A stretch of 60,000 nucleotides of DNA. It comes from Squalus acanthias. Lineage: Eukaryota. Numbering within the stretch: position 1 is the first letter of the stretch; each line of letters begins with the position of its first letter. The notes beneath the pieces were generated by a model that worked only from the letters and a program-made list of their open reading frames with translations, was not told where the DNA came from and did no database searches. Positions 1 to 11,069 of the stretch are shown here, in pieces. The stretch lies in NCBI GenBank assembly GCA_030390025.1, contig CM059431.1, forward strand, positions 151,096,001 through 151,156,000, given 5' to 3'. A program made the translations under genes and the position numbers.

Positions 1-421
1 AAACTAGCAGCAGGAGTAGGCCATTCGAGCCTGCTCCACCATTCAATACGATCATGGCTGATCATCCAAATCCAGTACCCTGTCCCTGCCCCCTCACACA
101 GAATCCCCATCGAGCCTGCACCGACACATATCCCACCCTATCCCCGTAACCCCACGTATTTAATTCCCCCTAACATATCCCATCCTATCCCTGTAACCCC
201 ACATATTTAATCCCCCCCTAACACTAAGGGTCAATTTATCATAGCCAAATCACCTAACCCGCACATTTTTGGACTGTGGGAGGAAACCGGAAGCACCCGG
301 AGAAAACCCACGCAGACACGGGGAGAATGTGCAAACTCCACACAGACAGTCACCCGAGGCCAGATTCGAACCCGGGTCTCTGGCGCTGTGAGGCACCAGT
401 GCTAACCACTATGCCACCGTG
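1..421 (-). mobile_element. tRNA-derived V-SINE (HE1-like elasmobranch SINE), 3' tail cut by the window edge
   Basis: The reverse complement begins CACGGTGGCATAGTGGTTAGCACTGGTGCCTCACAGCGCCAGAGACCCGGGTTCGAATCTGGCC, a tRNA-like head with A and B boxes. It continues into the V-SINE core GTGACTGTCTGTGTGGAGTTTGCACATTCTCCCCGTGTCTGCGTGGG...CTCCCACAGTCCAAAAATGTGCGGGTTAGG and ends in a CR1-type tail GAATGGTGGAGCAGGCTCGAATGGCCTACTCCTGCTGCTAGTTT. It aligns end to end with the copy at 58628-59058. Confidence 0.92.
362..416 (-). promoter_or_regulatory. Pol III type-2 internal promoter of the left SINE (A box 406-416, B box 362-372)
   Basis: Minus strand reads TGGCATAGTGG (A box, TRGCNNARYGG) and GGTTCGAATCT (B box, GGTTCGANNCC-like) at tRNA-like spacing. 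Confidence 0.8.
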
Positions 422-630
422 GTGGAGAGCAGTGGTTCCAGCAGCGAACCTTGTGAAACACCACTTTCCACCTTCCACCAGTTTGAGTGTCTAACTTTAA
501 ACCCAAATCTCTACTTACAGTTTTGTATCAGATTGCTTTATTTTCTGCTACTTGCCCCCTGACTCCATGCTCCGACCTCAGTTAGGAGACGACTATTTGG
601 AATCTTATCAAAGGCCTTATGAAAGTTCAA
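422..630 (-). mobile_element. Degenerate CR1-clade LINE ORF2 reverse-transcriptase fragment
   Basis: Manual minus-strand translation gives LNFHKAFDKIPNSRLLTEVGA / GVRGQVAE / QNCK*RFGFKVRHSNWWKVESGVSQGSLLEPLLST, with frameshifts and stops. This matches the CR1 RT motifs LDFxKAFDKVPHxRLL and SxWxxVxSGVPQGSVLGPLLF. Confidence 0.85.
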
Positions 631-742
631 TGGATTGGAAATGTCAATGGACTGAGATATATAATTGGATTGGGAAAGTAAATGGACTGGAATATGTCAA
701 TAATTGGGGAAGTCATTGAATTAGGATATATAAATGGTTTCG
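626..742 (+). repeat. Degenerate ~17-18-bp minisatellite (TCAATGGACTGGGATATA / AATGGATTGGGAAAG-like)
   Basis: Recurring units caatggattggaaatg, tcaatggactgagatat, aattggattgggaaagt, aaatggactggaatatg. Similar units reappear after the CR1 fragment at ~1200-1240 (gggactgggataaatcaatggatgagg). Confidence 0.5.
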
Positions 743-1180
743 TAGAATCATAGAATCATAGAATGGTTACAGCACAGAAGGAGGTCATTCGGCCCATCGT
801 GCCCGAGCCGGCTTTCTGTAAGAACACTCCCATTCCCCCGCCCTTTCCCCGTAGCCCTGCAATTCTTTTTTATCCTTCAGGTACTTATCCAATTCCCTTT
901 TTAAAGCCACAATTGATTCTGCCTCCACCATCCTTTCAGGCAGTGCATTCAATTACCTATCCACTAGCTGCGTAAACACGTTTTTCCTCATGTCGTTTTG
1001 CCTATCACCTTAAATCTGTGTCCTCTGGTTCTCGTCTCTTCCACCAAAGGGAGTGTTTCTCTCTATCTCATCTGTCTAGACTCCTCATTATTTTGAACAC
1101 CTGGATCAAATCTTCTCTCATACTTCCCTGCTCCAAGGAAAACAACTCCAGCTTCTCTGGTCTATCCAGGTAACTAAAGT
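743..1180 (-). mobile_element. 5'-truncated CR1-clade LINE 3' end (ORF2 C-terminus, 3' UTR and (ATTCTATG)n tail)
   Basis: Tail tagaatcatagaatcatagaat at 743-764 and a 3' UTR with GATGGGCCGAATGACCTCCTTCTGTGCTGTAACC. Minus-strand peptides FSYLDRPEKLELFSLEQGSMREDLIQVFKIMRSLDR, PLVEETRTRGHRFKVIG and NALPERMVEAESIVALKRELDKYLK match the CR1 ORF2 C-terminal motifs (LSYEERL..LFSLE.RRLRGDLI..YKI; TRGH..K; WN.LP). The frame is disrupted. Confidence 0.92.
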
Positions 1181-1339
1181 GAAAGTTCATTAAAATTCGG
1201 AAAGTTAAGGGACTGGGATAAATCAATGGATGAGGATAGTCAGATATATAAAGCACCAATGCTTTCACAAGCAGCAACTACCTGGGAATGTTAACAGATC
1301 GAGATATAATAGTGTGGATTAATGTCAGTGATTGGTATA

Positions 1340-2359
1340 TCCAGGGGAAAGAGACCCAGTTGTCAAGACACCCCGGGGAAAGAGACCAAGGGGAAAAGGG
1401 ACCCAGGGGAAAGAGAAGCAATGGAAAAGAGAAAAAGGGGAATGCGACCCAAGGGAAAAGAGACCCAGGGGAAAGAGACCCAGGAGAAAAGATACCCAGT
1501 GGAAAGAGATGCAGGGTAAAGAGAACTAGGGGAAAAGAGACGCAGGGGAGAAGACGTGGGGAAACAGATCCATGGGAAAGTGACCCAGGGAAAAATCGAT
1601 CCAGGGGAAAGGTACGCAGGATAAAAGAAACTCTGGGGAAAAGAAACCCAGAGGAAGGAGTCCCAGGGGCAAAGAGACACAGGGGAAAAGGGACCAAGGG
1701 TTAAAGTGACCAGGGTTAGTGTCCCACAGGTTATAGACTCAGGGAAATAAGATCCAGGGGAAAGAGTCTCAGGGGAAAAGAATCCCGGAGAAAAGAGATC
1801 AATGGGAAAGAGATACAGTGGAAAAGCGGTCCTGGGGAAAGAGACCCAGGGGAATAGCGATCCAGGGAAAGAGACCCAGGGGAGAAGACGCGGGGAAAGA
1901 GAACCGTAGAAAAGAGACACATGAGAAAGAGACCCAGGGGAGAAGAGAACCAGGAGAAAGAGACCCAGGGGAAACAGTCCCAAGGGAAAAGAGACTCAGG
2001 GAAAAGAGACCCAGGGGAAAGGAAACACAGGAGTAGAGCCCCACGGGAAATAGACTCAGGGAAATAAGATCCAGGGGAAAGAATCTCAGGGGTAAAGAAC
2101 CCAGGGGAAAAGAGATCAATGGGGAAGAGATACAGTGGAAAAGCGGTCCTGGGGAAAGAGACCCAGGGGAAAAGCGATCCAGGGAAAGAGGCGCAGGGGA
2201 GAAGTGGCGGGGAAAGAGAACCGTAGAAAAGAGACACATGAGAAAGAGACCCAGGGGAGAAGAGAACCAGGAGAAAGAGATCCAAGGGAAACAGTCCCAA
2301 GGGAAAAGAGACTCAGGGAAAAGAGGCCCGGGGGAAAAGAGAACCAGGGCAAAGAGATC
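1340..2359 (-). repeat. 15/16-bp satellite, purine-rich orientation on + (GAGACCCAGGGGAAA(A))n; array edge
   Basis: Reverse complement of the main-array monomer, with an abrupt start at ~1341 (ccaggggaaagagacccag). It carries the landmark CCAGTTGTCAAGACA at ~1356, the reverse complement of TGTCTTGACAACTGG seen at ~15313. Confidence 0.95.
1734..2330. repeat. 317-bp tandem duplication in the left satellite segment
   Basis: tagactcagggaaataagatccagggg occurs at 1734 and 2051. Near-identical ORFs start at 1818 and 2135 (offset 317). Confidence 0.85.
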
Positions 2360-2559
2360 NNNNNNNNNNNNNNNNNNNNNNNNNNNNNNNNNNNNNNNNN
2401 NNNNNNNNNNNNNNNNNNNNNNNNNNNNNNNNNNNNNNNNNNNNNNNNNNNNNNNNNNNNNNNNNNNNNNNNNNNNNNNNNNNNNNNNNNNNNNNNNNNN
2501 NNNNNNNNNNNNNNNNNNNNNNNNNNNNNNNNNNNNNNNNNNNNNNNNNNNNNNNNNNN
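2360..2559. other. Assembly gap (200 N, placeholder length)
   Basis: Run of exactly 200 N. The satellite orientation differs on the two sides. Confidence 0.99.
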
Positions 2560-5500
2560 TCTTTTCCAGAAGTTCTCTATACCCCAGGGACTCTTTTCCC
2601 TTGGATCTCATTCTCCTGGGTCTCATTCGCCTGGGTCTCTTTTCCCCTGGGTCTCATTCCGCTGTGTCTCTTTCCCCTGGTTCTCTTTTCCCCTGGGTCA
2701 CTTTTCCCCGGGTGTCTTTCCCCTGGGTCTCTTTCACCTGGCTGACTTTTTAACTGGGTCTCCTCCCTCTGGATTATTTTCCCCTGGGTCTCTTTCCCCT
2801 GGGTCTCTTTCCCCTGGGTCATTTTTCCCCTGAGTCTATTTCCCTTGGTTCTCTTTTCCCTGTGTCTCTTTCACCTGTGTCTCTTTCCTCTTGGTCTGTT
2901 TCCCCTGAGTCTCCTTTCCCCTGGCTCTCTTTTCCCAGGTTTCTATTCCCCTTGATCTCTTTCCCCGGGTTCTCTTTTCCCCTGGGTCTCTTTTCCCCGG
3001 GTCTCTTTCCCCTGGGTCTCTTTCCCCTGGGTGTCTTTTCCCCTGGGTCTCCTCCCTCCGGATTCTTTTCCCCTGGGTCTCTTTCCCCTGGGTCTCTTTC
3101 CCCTGTGTCATTTTTCCCCTGAGTCTTTTTCCCTTGCTTCTCTTTTCCCTGTGTCTCTTTCACCTGGGTCTCTTTCTCCTGGGTCTCTTTTCACATAGAC
3201 TCTTTTACTCTGAGTATCTTTCCCCTGGGTTTCTTTTCCCCTGCTTCTCTTTTCCCCTGGATCTCTTTCCTCTTGGTCTGTTTCCCCTGAGTCTCCTTTC
3301 CCCTGGCTCTCTTTTTCCAGGTTTCTATTCCCCTTGGTCTCTTTTCCCTTGAATCTCATTCCCCTGGGTATCTTTCCCCTGGATCGCATTTCCCTGGATC
3401 TCTTTTCCCCTGGGTCTCTTGCTGCTGTGTCTCTTTCCCCTGGTTCTCTCTTCCCCTGGGTCTCTTTTCCCCGGGTCTCTTTCCCCTGGGTCCCTTTCCC
3501 CTGGGTGTCTTTTCACCTGGGTCTCCTCCCTCTGGGGTTCTTTTCCCCTGGGTCTCTTTCCCCTGGGTCTCTTTCCCCTGGGTCCCTTTCCCCTGGGTGT
3601 CTTTTCACCTGGGTCTCCTCCCTCTGGGGTTCTTTTCCCCTTGGTCTCTTTCCCATGAGTCTCTTTTCCCTGGGTCTCTTTCCCCTGGGTCTCTTTCCGC
3701 TGGGTCTCTTTTCCCCTGGGTCTCTTTTCACAGGCTCTCTTTTCCACTTGATCTCTTTCCCCTGGTTCTCTTTTCCCCCGGGTCTCTTTTCCCTGAGTCC
3801 CTTTTCCCCTGGGTCTCTGTTCCCCAGGGTCTCTTTCACCTGGCTCTCCTTTCCCCTGGTTCTCTTTTCCCCTGGTTCTGTATCCCCTGGGTCTGTTTTC
3901 CCCTCGGTCTCTTTTCCCCTGGGTCTCTTTTGCTCTGGGTCTCTTTTCCCAGGGTCTCTTTTCCCCTAAGTCTCTTACCCCTGGGTCTCTTTTCCCATGG
4001 GTCGCATTCACCTGGTTCTGTTTGCCCCTGAATCTCTTTCCCCTGGATCTCTTTTCCCCTGGGTCTCTTTCTCCTGGGTCTCTTTTCATATATTCTCTTT
4101 TCTTCTGGGTCTCTTTCCCCTGGGTCAATTTTGCTCTGAATCTCTTTCCCCTGGGTGACTTTTCCCCTGGGTCTCCTCCCTTTGGGTTTCTTTTCCCCTG
4201 GGTCTCTTTCCCCTGGGTCTCTTTCCGCTGGGTCATTTTTCCCCTGGGTCTCTATCCCCTGGTTCTCTTTTCCCTTTGTCTGTTTCCCCTGGGTCTCTTT
4301 TCCCCTGGGTCTCTTATCCCCGGTTCTCTTTCCCCTGGGTCTCTTTCCCCTGTGGCTATTCTACCCTGGGTCTCTTTCCCCTGGACCTCTTTCCCTTGGG
4401 TCTCTTTCCCGCCGTGTCTCTTTCCCCTGGGTCTCTTTTCCAGAAGTTCTCTATCCCCCAGGGACTCTTTTCCCTTGGATCTCATTCTCCTGGGTCTCAT
4501 TCGCCTGGGTCTCTTTTCCCCTGGGTCTCATTCCGCTGTGTCTCTTTCCCCTGGTTCTCTTTTCCCCTGGGTCACTTTTCCCCGGGTGTCTTTCCCCTGG
4601 GTCTCTTTCACCTGGCTGACTTTTTAACTGGGTCTCCTCCCTCTGGATTATTTTCCCCTGGGTCTCTTTCCCCTGGGTCTCTTTCCCCTGGGTCATTTTT
4701 CCCCTGAGTCTATTTCCCTTGGTTCTCTTTTCCCTGTGTCTCTTTCACCTGTGTCTCTTTCCTCTTGGTCTGTTTCCCCTGAGTCTCCTTTCCCCTGGCT
4801 CTCCTTTCCCAGGTTTCTATACCCCTTGATCTCTTTCCCCGGGTTCTCTTTTCCCCTGGGTCTCTTTTCCCCGGGTCTCTTTCCCCTGGGTCTCTTTCCC
4901 CTGGTTGTCTTTTCACCTGGGTCTCCTCCCTCTGGGGTTCTTTTCCCCTGGTTCTCTTTCCCCTAGGTCTCTTTCCGCTGGTTCTCTTTTCCCCTGGGTC
5001 TCCTCCCTCTGGATGCTTTTCCCCTGGGTCTCTTTCCCCTGGGTCTCTTTCCCCTGGGTCATTTTTCCCCTGAGTCTATTTCCCTTGGTTCTCTTTTCCC
5101 CTGTGTCTCTTTCACCTGGGTCTCTTTCCTCTTGGTCTGTTTCCCCTGGGTCTCCTTTCCCCTGGCTCTCTTTTCCCAGGTTTCTATTCCCCTGGGTCTC
5201 TTTTCCCTTGAATCTCATTCCCCTGGGTATCTTTCCCCTGGATCTCATTTCCCTGGATCTCTTTTCCCCTGGGTCTCTTGCTGCTGTGTCTCTTTCCCCT
5301 GGTTCTCTTTTCCCCTGGGGCTCTTTTCCCCGGGTCTCTTTCCCTTGGGTCTCTTTCCCCTGGGTGTCTTTTCACCTGGGTCTCCTCCCTCTGGGGTTCT
5401 TTTCCCCTGGTTCTCTTTCACCAAGGTCTCTTTCCGCTGGTTCTCTTTTCCCCTGGGTCTCTTTCCCCTGAGTCTCTTTTTCCTGGGTCTCTTTCCCCTG

Positions 5501-6000
5501 GGTCTCTTTCCACTGGGTCTCTTTTCCCCTGGGTCTCTTTTCACAGGCTCTCTTTTCCACTTGATCTCTTTCCCCTGGTTCTCTTTCCCCCGGATCTCTT
5601 TTCCGTGAGTCCCTTTTCCCCTGGGTCTCTGTTCCCCAGGGTCCCGTTCACCTGGCTCTCCTTTCCCTGGTTCTCTTTTCCCCTGGTTCTGTATCCCCTG
5701 GGTCTGTTTTCCCCTCGGTCTCTTTTCCCCTTGGTCTCTTTCCCCTGGGTCTCTTTCGCTCTGGGTCTCTTTTCCCAGGGTCTATTTTCCCCTGGGTCTC
5801 TTTTCCCCTAAGTCTCTTACCCCTGGGTCTCTTTTCCCCTGGGTCGCATTCACCTGGGTCTGTTAGCTCCTGAATCTCTTTCCCCTGGGTTTCTTTTCCC
5901 CTGGGTCTCTTTCTACTGGGTCTCTTTTCAAATAGTCTCTTTTCTTCGGGGTCTCTTTCCCCTGGGTCTCTTTTCCCCTGAAGCTCTTTCCCCTGTATCT
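2560..6000 (+). repeat. Two diverged copies of a ~1.85-kb higher-order unit
   Basis: cagaagttctcta at 2567/4441 (offset 1874), ttgctgctgtgtc at 3419/5278 (1859), gtcgcattcacc at 4001/5843 (1842). Confidence 0.8.
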
Positions 6001-9000
6001 CATTTCCCTGGGTCTCTTTCCCCCGGGACTCTTTTCCCCTGGGTCCCTTTTCCCCCTGGGTCTCTTTCCCCGTGGTGTCTTGACTACTGGGTCTCTTTCC
6101 CCTGGGTTTCTTTTCACCTGCTTCTCTTTTCCCCTGGATCTATTTCCTCTTGGTCTGTTTCCCCTGGGTCTCCTTTCCGCGGGGTCTCTTTTCCCAGGTT
6201 TCTATTCCTCTGGGACTCTTTCCCCTGAATCTCATATCCGTGGGACTCATATGACTGGGTCTCTATTCCCCTGGGTCTCTTATCCCTTGAATCTCATTCC
6301 CCAGGGTATCTTTCCCCTGGAACTGATTTCCCTGGGTCTCTTTCCCCTGGGTCTCTTTTCCCCTGAATCTCTTTTCCCCTGGGTCTCATTCCGCTGGGTA
6401 TCATTCTCCTGTTTCACTTTTCACCCTGGGCCTCCTTTCCCCATGGTCTGTTTCCCCTGGGTCGCTTTTCCCCAAGGTCTCTTTTCCCGTGGGTCTCTTA
6501 TCCCCGGGTCTCTTTCCCCTGGGTCTCTTTCCCCTGGGACTCTTCTCCCCTGGGTTTCTTTCCCCGGGCTCTCTTATACCCTTGGTCTCATTTCCCCGAT
6601 CTCTTTCCCCGGGTCTCTTTCCCCTGTGTCTCTTTTCCCAGGTTTCATTTCCCCTGGCTCTCTTTCCCCTGGATCTCATTGCCCTGGGTCTCATTCGCTT
6701 GGGTCACTTTTCCCCTGGTTCTCTTTTCCCCTGGGTCTCTTTTCCCCTGGTCTCTTTTCCCTTTGTCTCTTTCCCCTGGGTGACTTTTCCCCTGGGTTTC
6801 CTCCCTTTGGGTTTCTTTTCCACTGGGTCTCTTTCCCCTGGGTATCTTTCCGCTGGGTAATTTTTCCCCTGGGTCTCTATCCCCTGGTTCTCTTTTCCCT
6901 GTGTCTGTTTCCCCTGGGTCTCTTTTCCCCAAGGTCTCTTTTCCCCTGGGTCTCTTATCCCCGGTTCTCTTTCCCCTGAGTCTCTTTCCCCTGGGGCTCT
7001 TCTACCCTGGGTCTCTTTCCCCTGGACCTCTTTCCCTTGGGTCTCTTTCCGCCGTGTCTCTTTCCCCTGGTTCTCTTTTCCCGAAGTTCTCTATCCCCCA
7101 GGGTCTCTTTTCCCTTGGATCTCATTCTCCTGGGTCTCTTTCGCCTTGGTCTCTTTACCCTTGAATATCATTCCCCTGGGTATCTTTCCCCAGGATCTCA
7201 TTTCCCTGAGTCTCATTCGCATGGGACTCTTTTCCCCTGGGTCTCTTTCCGCGGTGTCTCTTTCCCCTCGTTCTCTTTTCCCCTGGGTCTCTTTTCCCCG
7301 GGTGTCTTTTCCCCTGAATCTGCTCCTTCTGGGTTTCTTTTCCCGTGGGTCTCTTTCCGCTGTGTCTCTTTCCACTGGGTCATTTTTCCCCTGGGTCTCT
7401 TTCCCCTGGGTCTCTTTCTCCTGGGTCTCTTTTCACATAGTCTATTTTCCTCTGGGTCTCTTTCCCCTGGGTTTATTTTCCCCTGCTTCACTTTTCCCCT
7501 GGATCTCTTTCCGCCGAGTCTCTTTCACAGGGTCTCTTTTCTCCTTGGTCTCTTTCCCCGTTTCTCTTTTCCCACGGGTCTCCTTTCCCTGAGTCCCTTT
7601 TCCCCTGGGTCTCTGTTCCCCAGGGTCTGTTTCCCTGGCTCTCCTTTCCCCTGGTTCTCTTTTCACCTGGGTCTGTATCCCCTGGGTATGTTTTCCCCTC
7701 GGTCTATTTTCCCCTGGGTCTCTTTCCCCTGGGTCTCATTTTGCCCTGTGTCTCTTCCCCCAGGGTCTCTTTTCCCCTTGGTCTCTTTTCCCCTAAGTAT
7801 CTTTCCCCTGGGTCTCTTTTCCGCTGGGTCGCAACCACCTGGGTCTGTATCCCCTGGGTCTGTTTTCCCCTCGGTCTATTTTCCCCTGAATCTCTTTCCC
7901 CTGGGTCTCTATTCCCCTGGGTCTCTTTCTCCAGGGTCTCTTTCAAAATAGTCTATTTTCCTCTGGGTCTCTTTCCACTGTATCTCATTTCCCTGGGTCT
8001 CTTCCCCCAGGGACTATTTCCCCTGGGTACCTTTTCCCCTGGGTCCCTTTTCCCCTGGGTCTCTTTCCCCGGGGTGTCTGGACGACTGGGTCTCTTTCCC
8101 CTGGGTCTCCTTTCCCCTGGGTCTCTTTTCCCAGGTTTCTGTTCCCCTGGGACTCTTTCACCTGGGTCTCATTTCCCTGGGACTCATACGCCTGGGTCTC
8201 TATTCCCCTGGGTATCTTTCCCCTGGATCACATTTCCCCTGGGGCTCTTCTCCCCTGGGTCTCTTTCCACTGGGTCTCTTTCCCCTGGGTCTCTTTCCGC
8301 TGTGTCTCTTACCCCTGGGTCTCTTTTCCCAAAGATTTCTATCCCCCATGGTCTCTTTTCCTCTGGGTCTCTTTCCCCTTGGACTCTTCTCCCCTGGGTC
8401 ACTTTCCCCTGGGTCTCTTTCCCCTGGGACTCTCTCCCCTGGGTCTCTTTCCCCTGTGTCTCTTTCCCCTGGGTCTCTTTTCCCAAAGTTCTCTATCCCC
8501 CTGGGTCTCTTTTCCCTTGGATCTCATTCTCCTGGGTCTCTTTCGCCCGAATCTCGATTCCCCTTGGTCTCTTTTGCCTTGGATCTCTTTCCCCTGTGTC
8601 ACTTTTTCCCCTGTGTCACTTTTCCCCTGGGTCTCTTTTCCTCTGGGACTCTATCCCCTGGATCTCTTTTCCCCTGGGTCTCCTTTCCACTATGTCACTT
8701 TTCCCTCGGTCTCTTTCCCCGGGTCTCTTTCCCTGGGTCTCTTTTCCCCTGGTTCTCTTTTCTCCTGGGTCTCTTTTCTTTGGTTCTTTTTCCACTGAGT
8801 CTTCTCCCCTGCGTCTCTTTCCACTGGGTTGCTTTTCCCCTTGGTCTCTTTCACATGGATCGCTTTTCCCCTGGCTCTCTTTCCCATTGGTCTCGTTTCC
8901 CCTAGGTTTCTTTTCCCGGGACTCTTTTCCCCTGGGTCTCTTTTCTCCTGGGTCTCTTTTCTCCTGGGTCTCTTTTCCCTGTGTCTCTTTCCCCTGGGTG

Positions 9001-11069
9001 TCTTTTCCCCTGGGACTCTTCTCTTTCCCATGGGTTTCCTTTCCCCTTGGACTCTTTTCCCCAGGGTATGTTTCTCCTGGGTCTCTTTTCCCCAGGGTCT
9101 GTTTCCCCTGTGTCTCCTTTCCCCTGGGTCTCTTTTCCCCTGGGTCTCTTTTCCACTGGGTCTCTTTCCCCTGGGTCTCTTTTGCCGTGGGTCTCTTTCC
9201 CCAGGGTCTATTTTCCCCTGGCTCTCTTTTCCCCTGGGTCTCTTTCCCCTGGGTCTCTTTTCCCCAAGTTCTCTATCCCTCTGGGTCTCTTTTCCTTTGG
9301 ATCTCATTCTCCTGGGTCTCTTTCCCCTGCGTCTCATTTCCCAGGGGCCTCTTTTCCCAGGAACTCTTTCCCCTGGTTGTCTTTTCCACCGTGTCTCTTT
9401 TCTTTGGTTCTTTATCCCCGAATCTTCTCCCCTGCGTCTCTTTCCACTGGGTTGCTTTTCCCCTTGGTCTCTTTCACATGGCTCGCTTTTCCCCTGGGTC
9501 TCTTTCCCATTGGTCTCTTTTTCCCTAGGTTTCTTTTCCCGGGACTCTTTTCCCCTGGGCCTCTTTCCCCTGGGTCTCTTTTCCCCTAGGTCTCTTTTCT
9601 CCTGGGTCTCTTTTCTCCTGGGTCTCTTTTCCCTGTGTCTCTTTCCCCTGGGTCTCTTTTCCCTGGATCACTTTCCCATGGGTTTCATTTCCCCTGGGTC
9701 TCTTTTCCCCAGGGTATGTTTCTCTTGGGTCTCTTTTCCCCAGGGTTTGTTTCCACTGGGTCTCCTTTCCCCTGGGTCTCTTTTCCCCTTGATCTCTTTT
9801 CCACTGGGTCTCTTTCCCCTGGGTCTCTTTTGCCATGGGTCTCTTTCCCCAGGGTCTATTTTCCCCTGGCTCTCTTTTCCCCTGGGTCTCTTTCCCCTGG
9901 GTCTCTTTTCCCAAAGTTCTCTATCCCACTGGGTCTCTTTTCCCTTGGATCTCATTCTCCTGGGTCTCTTTCGCCTGGGTCTCGATTCCCCTGGGGAACT
10001 TTTGCTTTGGATCTCTTTCCCCTGTGTCACTTTTTCCCCTGGGTCACTTTTCCCCTGCGCCTCTTTTCTCCTGGGACACATTTCCCTCGATCTCTTTCCC
10101 CTGGGAATCTTTCCCCTGGGTCTCTTCCCCCAGGACTCTTTCCCCCTGGGGCCCCTTTTCCCCTGGGTCTCTTTCCCCGGGGTCTCTTGCCACTGTGTCT
10201 CTTTTCCCGTGGGTCTCTTTCCTCTGGGTCTCTTTTCCCCTGGGTGTCTTTCCCGTGGGACTCTTTCCACTGGGTCTCTTTCCCCTGGGTCTCTTTTCCC
10301 CTTGGTCCCTTTTCCCCTGGGTCTGTTTTCCACGGGTCTCTTTCCCCTGGGTTCCTTTCCCCTGGGTATCTTTCCTCTGGGTTACATTTCCCCAGTGTCT
10401 CTTTTCTTTGGTTCTTTTTCCCCTGAGTCTTCTCCTCTGCGTCTCTTTCCCCTGGGTCGCTTTTCCACTTGGTCTCTTTCACATGGATTGCTTTTCCCCT
10501 GGGTCTCTTTCCAATTGGTTTATTTTCCCCTCGGTCTCTTTTCCCTGGGACTCTATTCCCCTGGTTCTCTTTCCTTGGGTCTCTTTCACTGGGCCTCATT
10601 CCCCTGGGTCTCTTACGCCTGTGTCTCTTTTCCCCGGGTCTCTTTTCTCCTGGGTCTATTTTCCCTTGATCTCTTTCCCCTGCGTCTCTTTTCCCCTGGG
10701 TCACTTTTCCCTGGATCTCTTTCCCATGTGTTTCCTTTCCCCTGGGTCGCTTTTCCCCAGGGTATCTTGCTCCTGGGTCTCTTTTCCCCAGGGTCTGTTT
10801 CCCCTAGGTCTCCTTTCCCCTGGGTCTCTTTTCTCCCGGGTCTGTATCCCCTGGGTCTGTTTTCCCCTCGGTCTCGATTCCAATTGTTCTCTTTTCCTCT
10901 GGGTCTCTTTCCCCAGGTCTCTTTTCCCCTGAATCTCTTTCCACTCTATCTCATTTCCCTGGATCTCTTTCCCCTTGGTCTCTATTCCCCTGGGTCTCTT
11001 TTCCCCTGGGTCTCATTCTGCTGGCTATCTTTCCACTGTGTCACTTTTTACCCTGGGTCTGTTTCCCCT

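Noticed and set aside
276..494. 72-aa ORF, and the similar 58575-58784 ORF
   Set aside because: These are antisense translations of the SINE V-domain and head, not genes.
1068..1277. 69-aa ORF as a functional gene
   Set aside because: Its C-terminal half is a disrupted CR1 ORF2 remnant and its N-terminal half is unrelated flank.
1288..1704. ATG-initiated 138-aa basic ORF crossing from the flank into the satellite
   Set aside because: It is only ~17 codons of flank followed by translated satellite, with no domain, splice or expression evidence.
1700..1735. Apparently non-satellite insert ggttaaagtgaccagggttagtgtcccacaggttatagac
   Set aside because: Its reverse complement resembles diverged monomers (cf. 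TCTATAACCTGTG near 17293 and CCCTGGTCACTTT), so it is not a separate element.
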